A stretch of DNA of 64,000 nt, taken from NCBI RefSeq assembly GCF_900155395.1, contig NZ_LT699727.1, positions 274,173-338,172 of the forward strand, read 5' to 3'. Of this stretch, positions 49,031-61,903 are shown one piece after another. The notes below the pieces were generated by a model. It was given only the letters and a program-made list of their open reading frames with translations, did not search any database and was not told the origin of the DNA. A program made the translations under genes and the position numbers. Every line of letters begins with the position of its first letter. The first letter of the stretch is position 1. This DNA comes from Merdibacter massiliensis (GTDB taxonomy: Bacteria > Bacillota_I > Bacilli_A > Erysipelotrichales > Erysipelotrichaceae).

Positions 49031-49372
49031 TCAAAATGATTCTCCATTTTTCTACAAATGTCTTGCCAATATAAATTGTATCTCATATCAGCAAAAATAG
49101 CATTCAAAAAATGCATTTTTTAATAAACAAACAGCTGTTTCCATTCCTAATCAGTCAAAAAGCCTCACTTTTCATGCCCTGCTTCATGGATCGTCAGCTA
49201 TTTTGTCCTTTATTTAGAATCCTCCTTTATTAACCATTATAGCATATTCTTGTTTATTTTTTCACAAGAAGTGCAAAGGAAAGCTATTACATTTTTTTAG
49301 AAAAGATAGGCGCAGGCTCCATAATTCGTTATAATAGAAAATGAATATAAAAAAGCAGAAAAGGAGCAAGAC

Positions 49373-49966
49373 ATGATCAAAAATATTATTTTTGATATTG
49401 GAAATGTATTAGTGTCTTTTCAACCACAAATATACTTTCAATCTTTACTACAAGAAAAATGTGAAGAGATCTGCCACATTGTTTTTTACTCAAAATGGTG
49501 GAAACAATATGACAACGGATGGATCTCCCTCAAAGAAGTTCAGCAAGCCTTATTGCAGGAATATCCAAACTATAAGAATGAGATCTTATCCGTAAGCGAT
49601 CATTGGTTCACCTTGATGCAGCCTATTGATGAAATGCTGCAGTTTCTAGATGAATGTAAACAAAACGGATATCATATCTATATGATTTCAAACTTAAGTG
49701 AAGACAGTTATGATTACTTACAGGAACAATATCATCTTTTTGATCAAGCGGACGGAATGGTCCTGTCTTTTCAAGAGAAATTTGGAAAACCGGATTCACG
49801 GATGTATCAATTTTTATGCGAACGGTATGCTCTTGCGCCTTCCACCTGTTTATTTTTGGATGATCGAAAAGAAAATATCGATGCGGCAGTTCAATGCGGC
49901 ATACGATCAATTGAAGTAAAAGACATCAAAACGGCAATAAAGGAGGCAAAAAAACAATTATGCTAA
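49373..49966 (+). CDS. HAD-superfamily hydrolase (subfamily IA-like)
   Basis: N-terminal FDIGNVL motif I; C-terminal FLDDR motif. Confidence 0.75.
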   Translation: MIKNIIFDIGNVLVSFQPQIYFQSLLQEKCEEICHIVFYSKWWKQYDNGWISLKEVQQALLQEYPNYKNEILSVSDHWFTLMQPIDEMLQFLDECKQNGYHIYMISNLSEDSYDYLQEQYHLFDQADGMVLSFQEKFGKPDSRMYQFLCERYALAPSTCLFLDDRKENIDAAVQCGIRSIEVKDIKTAIKEAKKQLC

Positions 49967-51309
49967 AACTGCAGCAAATTGTACATGGTACAATACAAAA
50001 ACTGGATGAAAACGGAAACGGGATCCTGTTCTGTCGGAAAAACAAAGTATTGGTACGTCATGCCTTGCTTCATGAAGAATTAGATGCCCGCATAATAAAA
50101 GAAAGCAAACAAGGCTATATAGCGGAAATCGTGCATATACAGCAGCCAAGCCATCTGCGCGTAAAGCCTCCATGTCCTCATGCGGCTATATGCGGAGGAT
50201 GTCAACTGCAGCACATGGCCTACCCTGCCCAGTTGGAATGGAAAAAGCAGCAGATCATCCATGCATTAAAAAAAGAGCGTCTTTCTCTCCACATCCATGA
50301 TGTGATGCCTAGTGATAGAGAGGGATATCGCAACAAGATGATCATCGGTTTTTCAAAAGATAGCAAAGGCAAGATCATTGCCGGTCTTTATGAAGAATAT
50401 TCACATCGCATCGTTCCCTATCAGAATTGTTTATTACATCCAAAAGAATGTGATGAAATCATTCCCAGTATTGTCTCATTGATCCAGCGTTTGCGCATAG
50501 AACCCTTTGACCGAAAAAAAAGAAGGGGAATCCTTCGTCATGTTCAGATTCGCTATGGGAAAGAGACGAAACAGATCCTGCTTACTTTTGTTGTATCGCA
50601 AAAACAATTTCCGGGACAAAAACAGCTTGTTCAACAGATAGCAAGACTGCATCCCGATATTCGCAGCATCGTATTTAACGTCAATACAAGGGATACCAGC
50701 GTCGTGTTAGGAAAAGAAGAATGGACTGCTTATGGAAAAGGATGGATCGAAGATCGGCTGTTAGGAAAGACATTTCGGATTTCTTCCACTTCCTTTTATC
50801 AGATCAACCATGATCAATGTGAACGATTATATCAAAAAGCCTATGAATTACTGCAGCCTAGACCTTCTGATCGCATCTTAGATGCATATTGTGGAATCGG
50901 TACGATCGGGCTATGCATTGCCTCAAAAGTAAAACAAGTGATCGGTGTGGAAGTGAACCAGCAGGCGGTCATGGATGCCGGTATCAACGCAAAAAACAAT
51001 CAGATCCATAATGCCAGATTCATTGCACAGGATGCCAGCCGTTTTATGTTGCAAGAAGCCAAACACAAACAGCACTATGACGCGATCATCTTGGATCCTC
51101 CTAGAGAAGGAAGCACACCTGTTTTTCTGGATGCCTGTGTTCAGTTAAAAACAAAAAAGATCGTATATATCTCTTGCAATCCTTTTACCCAATTACGCGA
51201 TATCGCTTACTTGGCAAAAAAAGGATACGCTTGTAAAGAAATGTTTTTATATGATATGTTCCCAATGAGTGCACATGTAGAAAGTGTTGTTTTATTAGAA
51301 AGAATGTAA
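49960..51309 (+). CDS. 23S rRNA (uracil-C5)-methyltransferase RlmD/RumA family (TRAM plus [4Fe-4S] plus SAM MTase)
   Basis: Cys cluster CPHAAICGGCQLQH, SAM motif DAYCGIGTIGL, C-terminal catalytic Cys region. Confidence 0.85.
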   Translation: MLKLQQIVHGTIQKLDENGNGILFCRKNKVLVRHALLHEELDARIIKESKQGYIAEIVHIQQPSHLRVKPPCPHAAICGGCQLQHMAYPAQLEWKKQQIIHALKKERLSLHIHDVMPSDREGYRNKMIIGFSKDSKGKIIAGLYEEYSHRIVPYQNCLLHPKECDEIIPSIVSLIQRLRIEPFDRKKRRGILRHVQIRYGKETKQILLTFVVSQKQFPGQKQLVQQIARLHPDIRSIVFNVNTRDTSVVLGKEEWTAYGKGWIEDRLLGKTFRISSTSFYQINHDQCERLYQKAYELLQPRPSDRILDAYCGIGTIGLCIASKVKQVIGVEVNQQAVMDAGINAKNNQIHNARFIAQDASRFMLQEAKHKQHYDAIILDPPREGSTPVFLDACVQLKTKKIVYISCNPFTQLRDIAYLAKKGYACKEMFLYDMFPMSAHVESVVLLERM

Positions 51310-51329
51310 CCGCATTGCAAATAGAAAAA

Positions 51330-51353
51330 AACAATCCCAACGGATTGTTTTAA
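51330..51353. terminator. Bidirectional terminator AACAATCCcaacGGATTGTT between rlmD-like (+) and copA (-)
   Basis: Read directly, flanked by A7 / T4AATTT. Confidence 0.6.
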
Positions 51354-53989
51354 TTTGCATGAAATCTGCGCAGACGTAGTGCATTGGTTACGACACAGAC
51401 ACTTGAGAAAGCCATGGCTGCACCGGCAAATACCGGTGATAAGAGCGGTCCGCCAAAGGCATATAACAAACCGGCAGCTACCGGGATACCAACCGTATTA
51501 TAGAAGAAGGCCCAGAATAAATTTTGGTGAATATTGCGAATTACTGCTTTTGATAATTGAATGGCAGTTACGACATCTTGAATACTGTCTTTCATCAAGA
51601 TGACATCTGCACTTTCGACAGCAACATCGCTTCCACTTCCAATAGCGATTCCTACTTCCGCCTGTGTCAAAGCAACTGCATCATTGATGCCATCCCCTAC
51701 CATTGCCACACGATGATCCTTCTGATAACGTTTGACCACTTCACCTTTTTCTTGCGGTAGCACATTTGCGATCACTTCATCGATCCCTGCTTGATGCGCA
51801 ATCGCATGCGCGCTCAACGGATGATCGCCAGTGACCATTACCGGAGTAATTCCTAATTGTTTTAATTCTGTGATCGCTGTTTTCGTATCTGGTTTCAGCT
51901 GGTCAGCAATGACGAAGAATGCAATAAATTGTTGATCCATTCCTAATGCAATGACACTGTATCCCAGTTTGGCCTGCTGTTCCATTTCAGATAGATGATG
52001 ATCATCGATCTTGCAGCCGCTTTGTTCCATCAATTTTTGATTTCCCAAAACGATCGTGTGTTCCTGTAATTGTGCACGCAGTCCAAGACCGCTTAATGTT
52101 TCGATATGAGCAAGTGAATCAAACGCGATTCCCTCTTCTTTGCATTTTTCTAATATGGCATGTGCTAAAGGATGTTTGCTGCCTTGTTCCAACATTCCGG
52201 CAAGACGCAATGCCTCCTTTTTATCGTCACTGACAATCTGGATAACCTGTGGTTTTCCAACCGTCAATGTGCCTGTCTTGTCCAACAAGATCGTATCGAT
52301 CTCTCCAGCATTTTCCAATGCCTCGCCGCTTTTCAAGAAAATGCCCAGCTGCGCAGCTTTTCCACTGCCTACCATGATCGCTGTTGGTGTAGCCAAACCG
52401 AGAGCACATGGACATGCGATGACCAAGACACTGACGAAAATTTGAATGGATAATCCAATATCTCCCCGTAAGAAATACCATACAAGTCCAGCAACGACCG
52501 CTATCGTCATGACTGTTGGTACAAATACGAGCGAAATACGGTCAGCTATCCGCGCAATAGGTGCTTTTTTTCCTTGAGCATCTTCTACTAACTGAATGAT
52601 ATGCGACAAGGTCGTATCCGCCATTTCTTTCGTACAGCGAACAAGCAATCGGCCATCCAGATCGATCGTTCCACCAATGATTTCTTCTCCAGTATGCTTT
52701 TTTACCGGCATACTTTCTCCGCTCAGCATGCTTTCATCAATATTTGCATTTCCTTCGGCAATGATCCCATCAATAGGGACATGATCCCCTGGACGCACCA
52801 ATAACAAATCCCCTACGCTTACTTCCTCAACCTGAATTTCTATTTCTTTTCCATCTTTATATAAAATTGCCGTATCCGGACGCAGCTGCAAGAGCGCCGA
52901 GATAGCACCCATGGATTTTTTCTTCGATATCGCTTCCAGATGCTTGCCAAAACGGACCAAGGCCACGACCACACCGGCACCTTCAAAATACAGGGCATGC
53001 ACCGCATGAATGTTCCCGGAAGCAATCTGAATCAGAGAAAAAACAGAATATGCATACGCACTCAATGTACCGACAGATACTAAAGTATCCATGTTAGGAA
53101 CACCATGCAGCAATGCCGGTATACCGCGTATATAGAAATCTCTACCTAATAACAAGATGATGGTTGTTAGGACCCATTGAATCAAAGCAAAATTTAACGG
53201 ATGTGTATTATAATGAATGATATCCGGCAACGGCAATGGAATCGGCAACATGTGCGACATGCCAATATACAATAACAATGCCGCTAAAACCAGCATCGTG
53301 ATCAACCAAATATTGCTTTCTTTTTTTTCCTCTGCCTGGTTTTGTTTCTGAAGGATTTCTCCATGATATCCGCCTTTTTCAATTGCCGCAAACATCTCGC
53401 TTTGTTTTACTTTATGCGGATCGTAGACGACATGCGCCTGCTCATTTACCAAATTGACATTCGCTTCTTTTACGCCATCTAATTTTGACAACATTCTTTC
53501 ACAAGCAGATGAGCAGCTGGCACAATGCATGCCGTCAATATGAAAGGTCGTTTCTTTCCACTGCGGCACTTGTCTCTCTTTCAAGTGAAATCCGCCTTTT
53601 TCAACTGCTTTTTCCCATTCGGAGAAATTCCGGGATCCCAAATAGCGTATGACGACTTGTTCACTCACTAAATTTACTTGTGCATCAACTACACCCTCCT
53701 GTTTTTTCAAGATCCGTTCGACGGCTGCACTGCAGGCTGCACAATGCATTCCTTCTACCATAAAAGTTTCCTCTTGCGGATCCTGGATACGTTCAATTGC
53801 AAAACCCGCCTTTTCCAAGGCTTTCTTTGCCGGATCCAAAGTCAGGTATCTGGAAGAGGTGATCATAACCTGTTCATTAACCAAATTGACCTGTGCATCC
53901 TCCACATCATCTTGTTTTTTTAAGATATTTTCTACTGCACTTGCACATGCGGCACAGTGCATCCCTTTCACACGAAATGTCTCAACCAT
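51350..53989 (-). CDS. copA: Copper-exporting P1B-type ATPase with three N-terminal HMA domains
   Basis: Three GMHCAxC metal-binding motifs, CPC in TM6, DKTGTLT, HP motif; 879 aa. Confidence 0.95.
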   Translation of the reverse strand: MVETFRVKGMHCAACASAVENILKKQDDVEDAQVNLVNEQVMITSSRYLTLDPAKKALEKAGFAIERIQDPQEETFMVEGMHCAACSAAVERILKKQEGVVDAQVNLVSEQVVIRYLGSRNFSEWEKAVEKGGFHLKERQVPQWKETTFHIDGMHCASCSSACERMLSKLDGVKEANVNLVNEQAHVVYDPHKVKQSEMFAAIEKGGYHGEILQKQNQAEEKKESNIWLITMLVLAALLLYIGMSHMLPIPLPLPDIIHYNTHPLNFALIQWVLTTIILLLGRDFYIRGIPALLHGVPNMDTLVSVGTLSAYAYSVFSLIQIASGNIHAVHALYFEGAGVVVALVRFGKHLEAISKKKSMGAISALLQLRPDTAILYKDGKEIEIQVEEVSVGDLLLVRPGDHVPIDGIIAEGNANIDESMLSGESMPVKKHTGEEIIGGTIDLDGRLLVRCTKEMADTTLSHIIQLVEDAQGKKAPIARIADRISLVFVPTVMTIAVVAGLVWYFLRGDIGLSIQIFVSVLVIACPCALGLATPTAIMVGSGKAAQLGIFLKSGEALENAGEIDTILLDKTGTLTVGKPQVIQIVSDDKKEALRLAGMLEQGSKHPLAHAILEKCKEEGIAFDSLAHIETLSGLGLRAQLQEHTIVLGNQKLMEQSGCKIDDHHLSEMEQQAKLGYSVIALGMDQQFIAFFVIADQLKPDTKTAITELKQLGITPVMVTGDHPLSAHAIAHQAGIDEVIANVLPQEKGEVVKRYQKDHRVAMVGDGINDAVALTQAEVGIAIGSGSDVAVESADVILMKDSIQDVVTAIQLSKAVIRNIHQNLFWAFFYNTVGIPVAAGLLYAFGGPLLSPVFAGAAMAFSSVCVVTNALRLRRFHAN

Positions 53990-53999
53990 AGAATACCTC

Positions 54000-54269
54000 C
54001 TATCGTACCAATTTATGGATCAATTGCTCAATTTCCTCCAGTTTTTTATCGTAATCGCTATGATTTTCAATGCTCTCTTTTACACAAGTTTCTAAATGAT
54101 TCGTCAACACTTGCGCATTTGCTTTTCGCAACAATGCTTCAGTTGCTAAAATCTGATTTGATATATCAATGCAATAACGTCCTTCTTCCATCATCTTGAT
54201 GATTCCGTCCACTTGTCCTCTTGCTGTTTTTAATAACCGCAATGTATTTTTTCTATTCACATCATTCAT
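54000..54269 (-). CDS. csoR: Copper-sensing repressor CsoR (DUF156)
   Basis: 89 aa; C..H..C Cu-ligand pattern (YCIDI...H...C); directly upstream of copA. Confidence 0.85.
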   Translation of the reverse strand: MNDVNRKNTLRLLKTARGQVDGIIKMMEEGRYCIDISNQILATEALLRKANAQVLTNHLETCVKESIENHSDYDKKLEEIEQLIHKLVR

Positions 54270-54278
54270 GATTGCCTC

Positions 54279-54302
54279 CTACCCATCCCCCTAGTGGGGT
54301 AT
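54279..54302. promoter_or_regulatory. CsoR operator (ATACCCCACTAGGGGGATGGGTAG) just downstream of promoter TTGACA-17-TATACT (54308-54342, minus)
   Basis: GC-rich pseudo-palindrome very similar to Bacillus copZA CsoR site TACCCTACGGGGGTATGGTA. Confidence 0.6.
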
Positions 54303-54394
54303 TAACATATAATAGTATATGTACTTTTTGTTCTTTTGTCAAAGCTTTCGCATCAAAAAACTCGAAGTCAACTGACTTCGAGCATTCGTGATCT

Positions 54395-54988
54395 CTATTG
54401 TTCTGTTCTTTCGTTCTTCACCATTTCCATCTTCATCCGTTTATAATATTTTTTTAAAGCAATGCGTTCATAACATAGAGTAACCAAATTGCTGATTCCA
54501 TCAAAACATAATAATAATGACAACAAGATACGCTGCATACCATAATCTAATGTAGCCAGCAATAAAATAGCTGATATCAAAATTGCAAACAAAGCACTGG
54601 CAAAGATCCAGATCCACCCTGTATCCTTGATGCGAAACAAATTCATGGAATACTGCAAACGAATTGAACTGTCGATGGCAACACATCCTGCGAACACCAT
54701 TGGATAATTCGATACGATCAATTCCGGTTTTAACCAGACGATCAACCCTGCCATGATGTACAGAGAACCAAAAGCAACCTGCAAATTATGCTTTTCCAAA
54801 TAATCTTTTCGCAAGAAATAGATAAAAATTGAGAATGCGCCGATCAAGACAATGATCATTCCTAAAATATTGAAAAAAGTCAAAAATTCTTCTCTGGCGA
54901 CCAGACCGGAAATGATTCCAAACACAATGTAAAATACGGATAAAACAATCAGCTGCCACTTTTCAATACGCATCTTTTTCATAAGCAT
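54395..54988 (-). CDS. Membrane protein, HdeD/DUF308-like
   Basis: Six hydrophobic segments in tandem short repeats; family assignment tentative. Confidence 0.5.
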   Translation of the reverse strand: MLMKKMRIEKWQLIVLSVFYIVFGIISGLVAREEFLTFFNILGMIIVLIGAFSIFIYFLRKDYLEKHNLQVAFGSLYIMAGLIVWLKPELIVSNYPMVFAGCVAIDSSIRLQYSMNLFRIKDTGWIWIFASALFAILISAILLLATLDYGMQRILLSLLLCFDGISNLVTLCYERIALKKYYKRMKMEMVKNERTEQ

Positions 54989-55051
54989 CCTCCTCTCATT
55001 TATTACATCGTATCATAAAAAAGACAGTTCTGCCAATTTTCGATATTATTT

Positions 55052-55939
55052 CTATGTTTTTTGTGCAGCACGACGATTCATTAGGATCAAAAAAGTAACA
55101 GCTCCTAAAATCAAGATACTGCCGAGAACTTTAATGAGCGTCAGTTCTTCATGTAAAAACAAAATACCGCTCACAAAAGATGTCAGTGGCTCAAACATGC
55201 ATAAGATTGCAGCATCCCCTGCTCCCAGACTGCGAATGCCAATCTGCAACAATCCCATTGCCGTAACCGAAGTAAACAATGCAAACAATGCCATTTTTAA
55301 ATAGGGCAGCATCTCTGATGGCAACGTAAATTGATTGGTCCCCCAATTATACAGCAAAAGAGACAGTGATACGACAATGGAAAAGTAGAAAGTGATCACA
55401 AATGGATGCAATTGATTCAGTCCCGATTTTTCAACCGCCACCATATAGTAAGCAAAGGTAAATCCTGAAGAAAGTGCCAAACTGAAACCAATCATATTGT
55501 CTCCGCTTCCGCCTTCCACAAAGCAAGCCACACCGCAGGTAGCACTAATCAAAGCAATTAATTTAATCATCGTCAGATGATCATGAAAAAAGATCACACA
55601 GATCAAAGTGATGAAGATCGGATAGAAAAAATGCAAAGTAGTCGCCGTCGCAATCGGAATATAATTGTAGCTTGTATATAACATGACTGCCGTAATGCTT
55701 TGTCCTATGATACCTGCTAGTATTAAATGAATCCCTTGACGCAGTGTAATTCGAAATCGGCAGTGCTGTACACGGCATAAGAAAAACAGCGGTATGATTG
55801 CAAATAGATTGCGAAAAAAGACCAATGTCGATGAATTGATTCCATCTGCATAAATCAGTTTTGCAAAAGCCGGTGTCACGCCGAATAAAACTGCAGATAC
55901 GATCGTAAAAAAAGCCCCTTTTGCCCGCATGTATGTCAT
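55052..55939 (-). CDS. EamA/DMT-family transporter
   Basis: 10 TM segments, two EamA repeats. Confidence 0.8.
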   Translation of the reverse strand: MTYMRAKGAFFTIVSAVLFGVTPAFAKLIYADGINSSTLVFFRNLFAIIPLFFLCRVQHCRFRITLRQGIHLILAGIIGQSITAVMLYTSYNYIPIATATTLHFFYPIFITLICVIFFHDHLTMIKLIALISATCGVACFVEGGSGDNMIGFSLALSSGFTFAYYMVAVEKSGLNQLHPFVITFYFSIVVSLSLLLYNWGTNQFTLPSEMLPYLKMALFALFTSVTAMGLLQIGIRSLGAGDAAILCMFEPLTSFVSGILFLHEELTLIKVLGSILILGAVTFLILMNRRAAQKT

Positions 55940-56059
55940 CCCCTTATATTTTTATTTTAACAGTTTCTTCTTAGATTCTCCAGTTTTGTCTATATTTATA
56001 GAACTACTTTATTCTTATTCTGCCAAATTTTGCTATAATATAACCTGAAATGAGGTAAA

Positions 56060-57600
56060 AGTGTGAATAAAACTGTAAAAAAAAAGCCGACTTAAAAATA
56101 AGTAGTAAAAATATCGAAAAAATTTATAAGTTGATTTGAATAGAAGATATATCAATGCCGGATTGTTTCAAAAAGTTTAATGCTTCTTCAACTGTTAGTG
56201 ATTGTTTGGTATCGGATCGTGGATTCATGAAGGATTCATAATCCGTTGGTTGAAATACTTCGCCTGTTAGGATCATGTGATAGATACTGACCAACATCAT
56301 GCGTGCGATCGCAATGATGGCTTTCTTGTGACCACGTCGTTTCTTGATATTGGAATACTTTCTTCCAAAATAAGATGTCTTATCTTTGATGGTCGATAAA
56401 GCACATTGGACAAGCAGTGGTTTGAGATATTGTCCAGCTTTGGAGATACGAACTGACTTTTTCTTGCCGGCACTTTCGTTGTTGGCAGGAGAAAGTCCAG
56501 CCCAACTGACAAGTTGTTTGTCGGATTCAAACTGAGACATATCGATTCCTATTTCAGAGATGATCAGAATGGCCGATAAGGAACTAATTCCTTTTATTTG
56601 TGTGATATGCTGGAAAGATTCGCGTAAAGGATAAGCCCGCTTGACCAATTCTGCTTCACATGAATTGATGAGTTGATCCAAGTACTCCATATGATTCAAT
56701 GATTTTTCCATCTTGAATCGTTGATCCGCTTCGATGTGATAGCCGTGAAGGGAGTCTAGTATCTTATCTTTGTTCTTACAATTTTTGTGAATGAGTTTTA
56801 AGATCTTGTCATCATCAATCACGTTTGGCTTCATGACTTCTTTCATGATATTGGAAGCTGTCTTGCCAAAAGGATCGGAGACAACAGAAGCTAATCCGAT
56901 ATTGGAAACGGTCATACAGTTCTGATAACGATTCCGTTCTGAAGAACGCATGCAGACCAGCTTGTATCGGTAACGGGCGATCTCACGCAGTTCTCGGATT
57001 TCTTTTGGAGGGATAAACGAGAATTTGATCAGATCATGTTTGAAGAGATCACAGATCCATTTGGAATCTTTCTTATCAGTTTTTTTGCCTTTGATGGCTT
57101 TGACATACTTGGGATGAGTTAAATGGACATTGATCTCACCTTCAAGAATGTTGAAGATAGGGATCCAGTATTTACCGGTAGATTCCATGCAGACATCACA
57201 ACAGTGATAAGAATTCAGCCAATCCTTTAAACGATATAGGTCCGAGTTTAAAGTGGAAAAAGATTGTTGGAAATATTCTGTGATGTTCGACTGTCTATCG
57301 GTGATACCAATAGTAGCGACGACCAGATCTTTGTGAACATCCATGCCACAGCAGTTGAAACGAACGATTTTCATTGCCATATAAAAAAGCTCCTTTCATA
57401 CAAAAGGAGAGGTGGCATTGACTGTCATCAAAGCGAATCGACAACAGTTGATTGAACAATCATAAGTGTCCAGGCTCAAAGTCCTACTTATTTGTGCTTG
57501 ATATGATGACGGCAACTTATAAAAATACAGGATATTCAATTGAGTAGAATTCCTACTCACCTCCACGTGCTCTGTAGTATACCACCTCTCTTATAGGGTA
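56060..57600 (-). mobile_element. IS110-family insertion sequence (boundaries approximate; family lacks terminal IRs)
   Basis: Contains IS110-type DEDD transposase; flanks are non-coding between EamA promoter and thioesterase gene. Confidence 0.55.
56124..57380 (-). CDS. IS110-family transposase
   Basis: N-terminus MAMKIVRFNCCGMDVHKDLVVATIG with RuvC-like DEDD domain, C-terminal HhH domain. Confidence 0.85.
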   Translation of the reverse strand: MAMKIVRFNCCGMDVHKDLVVATIGITDRQSNITEYFQQSFSTLNSDLYRLKDWLNSYHCCDVCMESTGKYWIPIFNILEGEINVHLTHPKYVKAIKGKKTDKKDSKWICDLFKHDLIKFSFIPPKEIRELREIARYRYKLVCMRSSERNRYQNCMTVSNIGLASVVSDPFGKTASNIMKEVMKPNVIDDDKILKLIHKNCKNKDKILDSLHGYHIEADQRFKMEKSLNHMEYLDQLINSCEAELVKRAYPLRESFQHITQIKGISSLSAILIISEIGIDMSQFESDKQLVSWAGLSPANNESAGKKKSVRISKAGQYLKPLLVQCALSTIKDKTSYFGRKYSNIKKRRGHKKAIIAIARMMLVSIYHMILTGEVFQPTDYESFMNPRSDTKQSLTVEEALNFLKQSGIDISSIQINL

Positions 57601-57681
57601 ACACGAAAATAAAGCATGTGGGATTTATTGATGAAATATTTGTGTCCGCGCGACTTTAGGCGCGGGGAAATGGAGGAAAAA

Positions 57682-58101
57682 ATGGAAAAAGAAACAATGG
57701 AACAATTACGTGACCGCTTGAACAGCTCTTCTCAATTTCTGCAAAGCAACGATATGCGGGTAATCGAAGTAAGAGAAGGACATGCAAAAGTGGAAATGAT
57801 CATTGATGAACAGATATTGAATGTGCATGGTTTTGTGCATGGCGGAGCTTTATTTTCGTTAGCGGATACTGCCGCAGGTGCTGCCAGTTTTGCGACCGGA
57901 AGAGACAGCGTCACTTTGTCTGCTTCTATCAACTATATCAAGCCCGGTACCGGAGGCAAATTAATCGGTATTGCCCAAGAAATATCGCGCGGCAGAACAA
58001 CCGGTGTATATGAAGTTTTTATTTTTAATGATCATGAAACATTGCTCTCACGTGCTACCTTTACCATGTTTTTCTTAGATGGCGAACGTCATAAAAAATA
58101 A
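57682..58101 (+). CDS. PaaI/YbgC-type hotdog thioesterase
   Basis: HGGALFSLADTAAG hotdog active-site region; start at MEKETM with RBS GGAGG. Confidence 0.8.
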   Translation: MEKETMEQLRDRLNSSSQFLQSNDMRVIEVREGHAKVEMIIDEQILNVHGFVHGGALFSLADTAAGAASFATGRDSVTLSASINYIKPGTGGKLIGIAQEISRGRTTGVYEVFIFNDHETLLSRATFTMFFLDGERHKK

Positions 58102-58117
58102 TGGTATTATTTTGCTT

Positions 58118-58155
58118 TGATCATAAAAAACAGCGCAATTATTATATGCGCTGTT
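58118..58155. terminator. Bidirectional terminator AACAGCGCAattattatatGCGCTGTT flanked by A6/T6
   Basis: Read directly between thioesterase (+) and dnaJ (-). Confidence 0.7.
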
Positions 58156-58162
58156 TTTTCAA

Positions 58163-59287
58163 TTAAGATTTGAAGGCCCGCTTAAAACGGTCAAAAGGAG
58201 ATTCATATCCTTTCTTGCTGCGGATGCGTTCATACAATTCTTTTTCTTCATGTGAAAGTTTTGTTGGTATTTCAACACGTACTTCTACATATTCATCACC
58301 CTGTGTACCGCGAGGGGACTTGACACCTTTTCCTTTCAAACGGAATTTTGTGCCATGCTGTGTACCAGCCGGGATCGTTAAAGAAACATCTCCATAAACT
58401 GTCGGCACATCTACTTTGCAGCCTAGCGTTGCATCAATGGCGCTTACAGGAACACTGATAGAAATATCATAGCCTTCACGCTGGAATACTTTATGCGGAG
58501 TGACTAAAATTTCAATATACAGATCACCATTCGGTCCTCCATTGATACCGCGTTCTCCTTTACCGGCTACACGTACCTGCTGTCCGCTTTGAATACCTGC
58601 CGGAATCTTGATATCTAGTTTCACACGCTTATGTTCGTAACCTTTTCCATTGCATTTTGTACATTTTCTTGTAATCTTTTTACCTGTACCATGACACTCT
58701 GGACAAACGCTTTGCTGTTGTACCACACCAAACATCGTTCTGGATTGTGTCGTTACATAGCCGCTTCCGTTGCAGCGTGAACAAGTATGGATATCGCTTG
58801 AGCTGTAAGCTCCCGTTCCATTACATTCTTTGCACTGCTCATCAACTTCGATATTGATCGTCTCTGTCTTGCCAAAGATTGCGTCCATGAAATCAATACG
58901 CATCTGCATGAAGCGATCGTTTCCTTTACGCGGTCCGTTGTTGGCCCGGCGATTGCTTTGACCAAATCCGCCGCCAAAGAAAGATCCAAAAATATCTTCA
59001 AAGCCGCCAAAGCCAGAGAAGTCTGCACCACCCTGATTGAATCCGCCAAAGCCGGCACCGTCCATACCTGCATGGCCAAATTGATCGTAAGTAGCTCTCT
59101 TCTGCGGATCGCTAAGTACTTCATATGCCTCATTGATCTCTTTAAATTTCTCTTCCGCACCCGGTTCCTTATTAATGTCCGGGTGATATTTTTTCGCCAT
59201 TTTGCGGTATGCTTTTTTGATTTCCTCTTCACTGGCACCTTTGCTTAGACCAAGGACCTCATAATAATCTCTTTTTTCGCTCATCAT
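58163..59287 (-). CDS. dnaJ: Chaperone DnaJ
   Basis: J-domain HPD, G/F region, four CxxCxGxG zinc-finger repeats. Confidence 0.95.
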   Translation of the reverse strand: MMSEKRDYYEVLGLSKGASEEEIKKAYRKMAKKYHPDINKEPGAEEKFKEINEAYEVLSDPQKRATYDQFGHAGMDGAGFGGFNQGGADFSGFGGFEDIFGSFFGGGFGQSNRRANNGPRKGNDRFMQMRIDFMDAIFGKTETINIEVDEQCKECNGTGAYSSSDIHTCSRCNGSGYVTTQSRTMFGVVQQQSVCPECHGTGKKITRKCTKCNGKGYEHKRVKLDIKIPAGIQSGQQVRVAGKGERGINGGPNGDLYIEILVTPHKVFQREGYDISISVPVSAIDATLGCKVDVPTVYGDVSLTIPAGTQHGTKFRLKGKGVKSPRGTQGDEYVEVRVEIPTKLSHEEKELYERIRSKKGYESPFDRFKRAFKS

Positions 59288-59411
59288 GGCTCACCTCTCT
59301 TACTGTCGATCACAAACCATGTGATCCTTTGCGTTCCTAAGGATACCAGTTCACAGACTATTTTGCAAGCTCTTTTGAACCTTTCTCCTCTTTGTTCTCC
59401 ATATTACAAAA

Positions 59412-59435
59412 CCTAGCGCAAGCACTAGGATCTGT
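59412..59435 (-). terminator. Intergenic hairpin CCTAGTGCTTGCGCTAGG plus U-tract between dnaK and dnaJ (partial terminator/attenuator)
   Basis: Read directly. Confidence 0.45.
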
Positions 59436-59449
59436 AATTTCATTGATTT

Positions 59450-61892
<2,443 letters not shown>

Positions 61893-61903
61893 GCGAATCC
61901 CTC

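Noticed and set aside
58753-59238. 161-aa minus-strand ORF inside dnaJ
   Set aside because: Alternative frame of the dnaJ coding region, Arg/Lys-rich artefact.
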